64,000 nt of DNA from Candidatus Latescibacterota bacterium (GTDB taxonomy: Bacteria; Krumholzibacteriota; Krumholzibacteriia; WVZY01; JAKEHA01): the NCBI GenBank assembly GCA_963707635.1, contig OY970173.1, positions 1,056,001 to 1,120,000 of the forward strand, in the 5' to 3' direction. Shown here one piece after another: positions 61,366 to 64,000 of this stretch. The notes beneath the pieces were generated by a model that made no database searches, had not been told where the DNA came from, and saw only the letters and a list, made by a program, of their open reading frames with translations. A program made the position numbers and the translations under genes. The number at the start of each line of letters is the position of its first letter. Position 1 is the stretch's first letter.

Positions 61366-62373
61366 ATGCGCGTGCTCGTGTTCACCAACATGTACCCGAA
61401 TCCCGCGATGCCGTTCTTCGGCTCGTTCGTGCGGGACGAAGCCGAAGCGCTCCGGCGCGCCGGCGCGGAGGTGGACGTCTACTTCGTCAACGGACGCGCG
61501 CGCAAGCTGAACTACTTCGGCATGCCGTTTGGTTTCTACGCGCGCTTGCGGCGCGCGAGCTACGACGTGATTCACGTGCACCACTCGTTCTGCGGGCTGG
61601 TCGCCACGACGCAACGCCGGATTCCGGTGGTGTGGACGTTTCACGAGGGCGAGATCTCCGGTAACACCGCCGACGCGCTGCGCGAGCAGCCGATCAAGCG
61701 CATCGCCTACTCCAAGCGGATGAAGCGCTACGTGGCGCGGCGAGTGGACGCGGTGGTCGTGGTGGCGGAGCACCTGCGCGACCCGCTTGGCCGGCCGGAC
61801 GCGCTCTGGCTTCCGAGCGGGATCGACTGGGAGAGCTTCGCGCCCATGGACACCGCCGAGGCGCGACAGCGGCTCGGGCTCGCGGCGGGGAAGCGCTACG
61901 TGCTCTTTCCGGCCGCGCCGTCGCGGGTCGAGAAACGCTACGAGCTTGCGCGCCAGGCCGTAAACGTGCTCAAGGAAACCTGGCCCGGGGCCAGCGACGT
62001 GGAGTTGATCGCGCTCAACGACGTGCCGCACGAGCAGGTGCCCCTGTTCATGAACGCGAGCGAGCTGATGCTCATGACGTCGTCGTTCGAGGCCTCCCCG
62101 GTGACGGTCCGCGAGGCGCTGGCGTGCGACGTGCCCGTCATCTCCACCGACGTGGGCGACGCGCGGGTGGTGATCGACGGTATCGCGGGGTGCCGGATCG
62201 TGCCACCCGACCCCGCGACGATCGCCGACGCGCTGCGTGGGGCGCTGGCGGCTCCGCGCCGAGTGCAGTCGCGCGAGCGGATGCGCGTGTACTCGCTGGA
62301 AACGGTGGCGGCGGCGCTGCTCACCCTCTACGGCCGCGTGATCGAAAAGCACCGTCGGGGTCGGCGCGGATGA
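61366..62373 (+). CDS. GT4-family glycosyltransferase (TuaC-like)
   Basis: 'MRVLVFTNMYP....FGSFV', 'EKRY', 'EASPVTVREALACDVPVISTDVGD'. Confidence 0.9.
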   Translation: MRVLVFTNMYPNPAMPFFGSFVRDEAEALRRAGAEVDVYFVNGRARKLNYFGMPFGFYARLRRASYDVIHVHHSFCGLVATTQRRIPVVWTFHEGEISGNTADALREQPIKRIAYSKRMKRYVARRVDAVVVVAEHLRDPLGRPDALWLPSGIDWESFAPMDTAEARQRLGLAAGKRYVLFPAAPSRVEKRYELARQAVNVLKETWPGASDVELIALNDVPHEQVPLFMNASELMLMTSSFEASPVTVREALACDVPVISTDVGDARVVIDGIAGCRIVPPDPATIADALRGALAAPRRVQSRERMRVYSLETVAAALLTLYGRVIEKHRRGRRG

Positions 62374-63614
62374 GCCGGGGACCCGCGCCGTCGCCGGCGT
62401 CGACGCACGGCCGCGGCGCGGTCGCGATCGTCCGCCACTCGTTCTACCCGTCCGAATTGAACGTCAAGCGCGAGGCGGAGGCGCTGCGCGACGCCGGCTT
62501 CGAGGTCCACGTGGTCTGCCTGCGCAACCGCGGCGAGACCACGCGCGCCACCATCGATGGTATCGAGGTCTACCGGCTTCCCGTCGGCCACCGGCGCGGG
62601 CAGGTTCTGCGCTACCTGTGGGAGTACAACGCGTTCTTCGTGCTCGCGTCGGTCAAACTCGGGTCCCTCCACCGCCACCATCGGTTCGTGACGGTGCAGG
62701 TCAACACCATGCCCGACTACCTCGTATTCGCGGCGCTCTACCCCAAGCTGACCGGCGCCCGGGTGGTGCTCCACCTCCATGAACCCGTTCCCGAGTTGTT
62801 CCAGACCATGTTCCCGGATCGCTGGTACACACGCCCGTTCATCTGGTTGATCACGCGGGTCGAGCAAGTGTCGATCCGCTTCGCCAACGACGCCCTCACC
62901 GTTACCGAGCAGATGCGCACGAACTACGGCTCACGTGGGGCGGACGTGTCGAAAATCACCGTGGTCGTCAACGTGCCCGACGACCGCGACTTTCGGCTCG
63001 AGCGCTGGGCGCACCTGCGCGAACGAATCGCGGCCATCAAGGCCGAGGAGCGCGCGCGCGGGGTCTTTCGCGTGCTCACCCACGGGGCGATCGAGGAGCG
63101 CTACGGCTTCGACACCATCGTGCACGCGGTGGCGCGCGCGAGCGAACACGTGCCGAAGATCCAGTTCCGGTACATGGGGACGGGCGAGTACCTGCCCGAC
63201 GTGCACCGGATCGCGGAGACCCTCAACGTGACCGACCGGGTGATGCACCTGGGATTCCTGCCCTTCGAGCAGATGATCGAGGAGATCCTGCTGGCCGACG
63301 TATGCGTGGTCGCGGTGAAGAAGAATCCGTACTCGGTGCTCGTGCACACCAACAAGATGTATGAGTACATCGCGCTGGGACGGCCGGTGATCGCGTCGCG
63401 CCTGGATTCTGTGGCGGCTTACTTCACCGAGGAGGCGCTGACCTTCTTCGAGCCGGGAGACGACGAAGACCTGGCGCAGAAGCTACGATGGGCGGCGGAG
63501 AGCCCCGACGAAACGGCGCGCCGCGTCGACGCGGCCACCGCCGCGTACGCCGAGTACCGTTGGGAGCGCGAGCGGTGGCAGTACCTCGGCGTCCACGGCG
63601 TATCCCGGGCGTGA
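62370..63614 (+). CDS. GT4-family glycosyltransferase
   Basis: 'NVKREAEAL', 'NTMPD', 'HLHEPVPE', 'NKMYEYIALGRPVIASR'. Confidence 0.9.
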   Translation: MSRGPAPSPASTHGRGAVAIVRHSFYPSELNVKREAEALRDAGFEVHVVCLRNRGETTRATIDGIEVYRLPVGHRRGQVLRYLWEYNAFFVLASVKLGSLHRHHRFVTVQVNTMPDYLVFAALYPKLTGARVVLHLHEPVPELFQTMFPDRWYTRPFIWLITRVEQVSIRFANDALTVTEQMRTNYGSRGADVSKITVVVNVPDDRDFRLERWAHLRERIAAIKAEERARGVFRVLTHGAIEERYGFDTIVHAVARASEHVPKIQFRYMGTGEYLPDVHRIAETLNVTDRVMHLGFLPFEQMIEEILLADVCVVAVKKNPYSVLVHTNKMYEYIALGRPVIASRLDSVAAYFTEEALTFFEPGDDEDLAQKLRWAAESPDETARRVDAATAAYAEYRWERERWQYLGVHGVSRA

Positions 63615-63790
63615 GCGCGGTGCCATAGTCCGCTCGCGATGATCGCCGGAGGGCCTGAAATAGGCCGGCGTGGACCTCGCCGCGACGGGTTTTTGCTTGT
63701 CGAATCTTGGGGCCTCCCCCTACCATCCGCCTCGAATTGCGCCCTTGACCGGAGAAGGGGCGTCCGTATCGCTCGAACGGAGTGAGGCGA

Positions 63791-64000
63791 GTGGCAAAAC
63801 CCAAACCGACCCGCAGAAGATCCGAACGCCGCGCCGCGCGGCGGGCCGCCGTCGAGGTGAAGGCGAAGAAGCGCAAACGCCTGCTGGTCGCCGAGCCGGA
63901 GACGCTGCCGCTGTTCGACGACGCGGCCCTGAAGAAGGCCTCGGCGAAGTCCGCATCGAAGGCGGCGAGCCCCGCGCCTAGAAAACCGCGCGCGACGCCC
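63791..64000 (+). CDS. Start of a Lys/Arg-rich protein running off the window edge
   Basis: GGAG/GAGG before the GTG at 63791; open frame 'MAKPKPTRRRSERRAARR...' to the end of the window. Confidence 0.4.
   Translation, partial: MAKPKPTRRRSERRAARRAAVEVKAKKRKRLLVAEPETLPLFDDAALKKASAKSASKAASPAPRKPRATP

Overview
GC-rich bacterial window, gene-dense, with no rRNA, tRNA, CRISPR array or transposase that I can recognise. FlgD/T9SS-like C-terminal domains and a 'TWGKVKALYR' tail suggest an FCB-related candidate phylum such as Krumholzibacteriota, Eisenbacteria or Latescibacterota (inference only). Layout: (1) 1-12.1 kb, a beta-glucan utilisation locus with an Opp/Dpp-type ABC transporter, a GH-A hydrolase with a barrel-like C-terminus, GH1, a GH16-like enzyme and CBM-like secreted proteins. 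The first ~5.9 kb carries many indels, probably sequencing errors. (2) 12.2-21.6 kb, DUF2252, tamAB, HdeD, a VIT-like protein and a small barrel. (3) 21.6-35.0 kb, a ten-gene minus-strand cluster in which every product has a signal-peptide-like N-terminus: aspartase, asparaginase, glutaminase, an amidohydrolase, five predicted outer-membrane barrels and one large unknown protein. This is a candidate periplasmic ammonia-releasing system and the best lead here. (4) mscL, DUF481, OmpA, fumC-corA-kynA-kynU, a beta-propeller protein and an actinobacterial-type Sdh1. (5) Two 97-bp hairpin repeats with a compensatory base change, bracketing mscS, pcm and queF. (6) A surface-polysaccharide locus with an apparently circularly permuted deacetylase and a nucleotidyltransferase-kinase fusion. 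All calls come from reading motifs by eye; no database searches were run.
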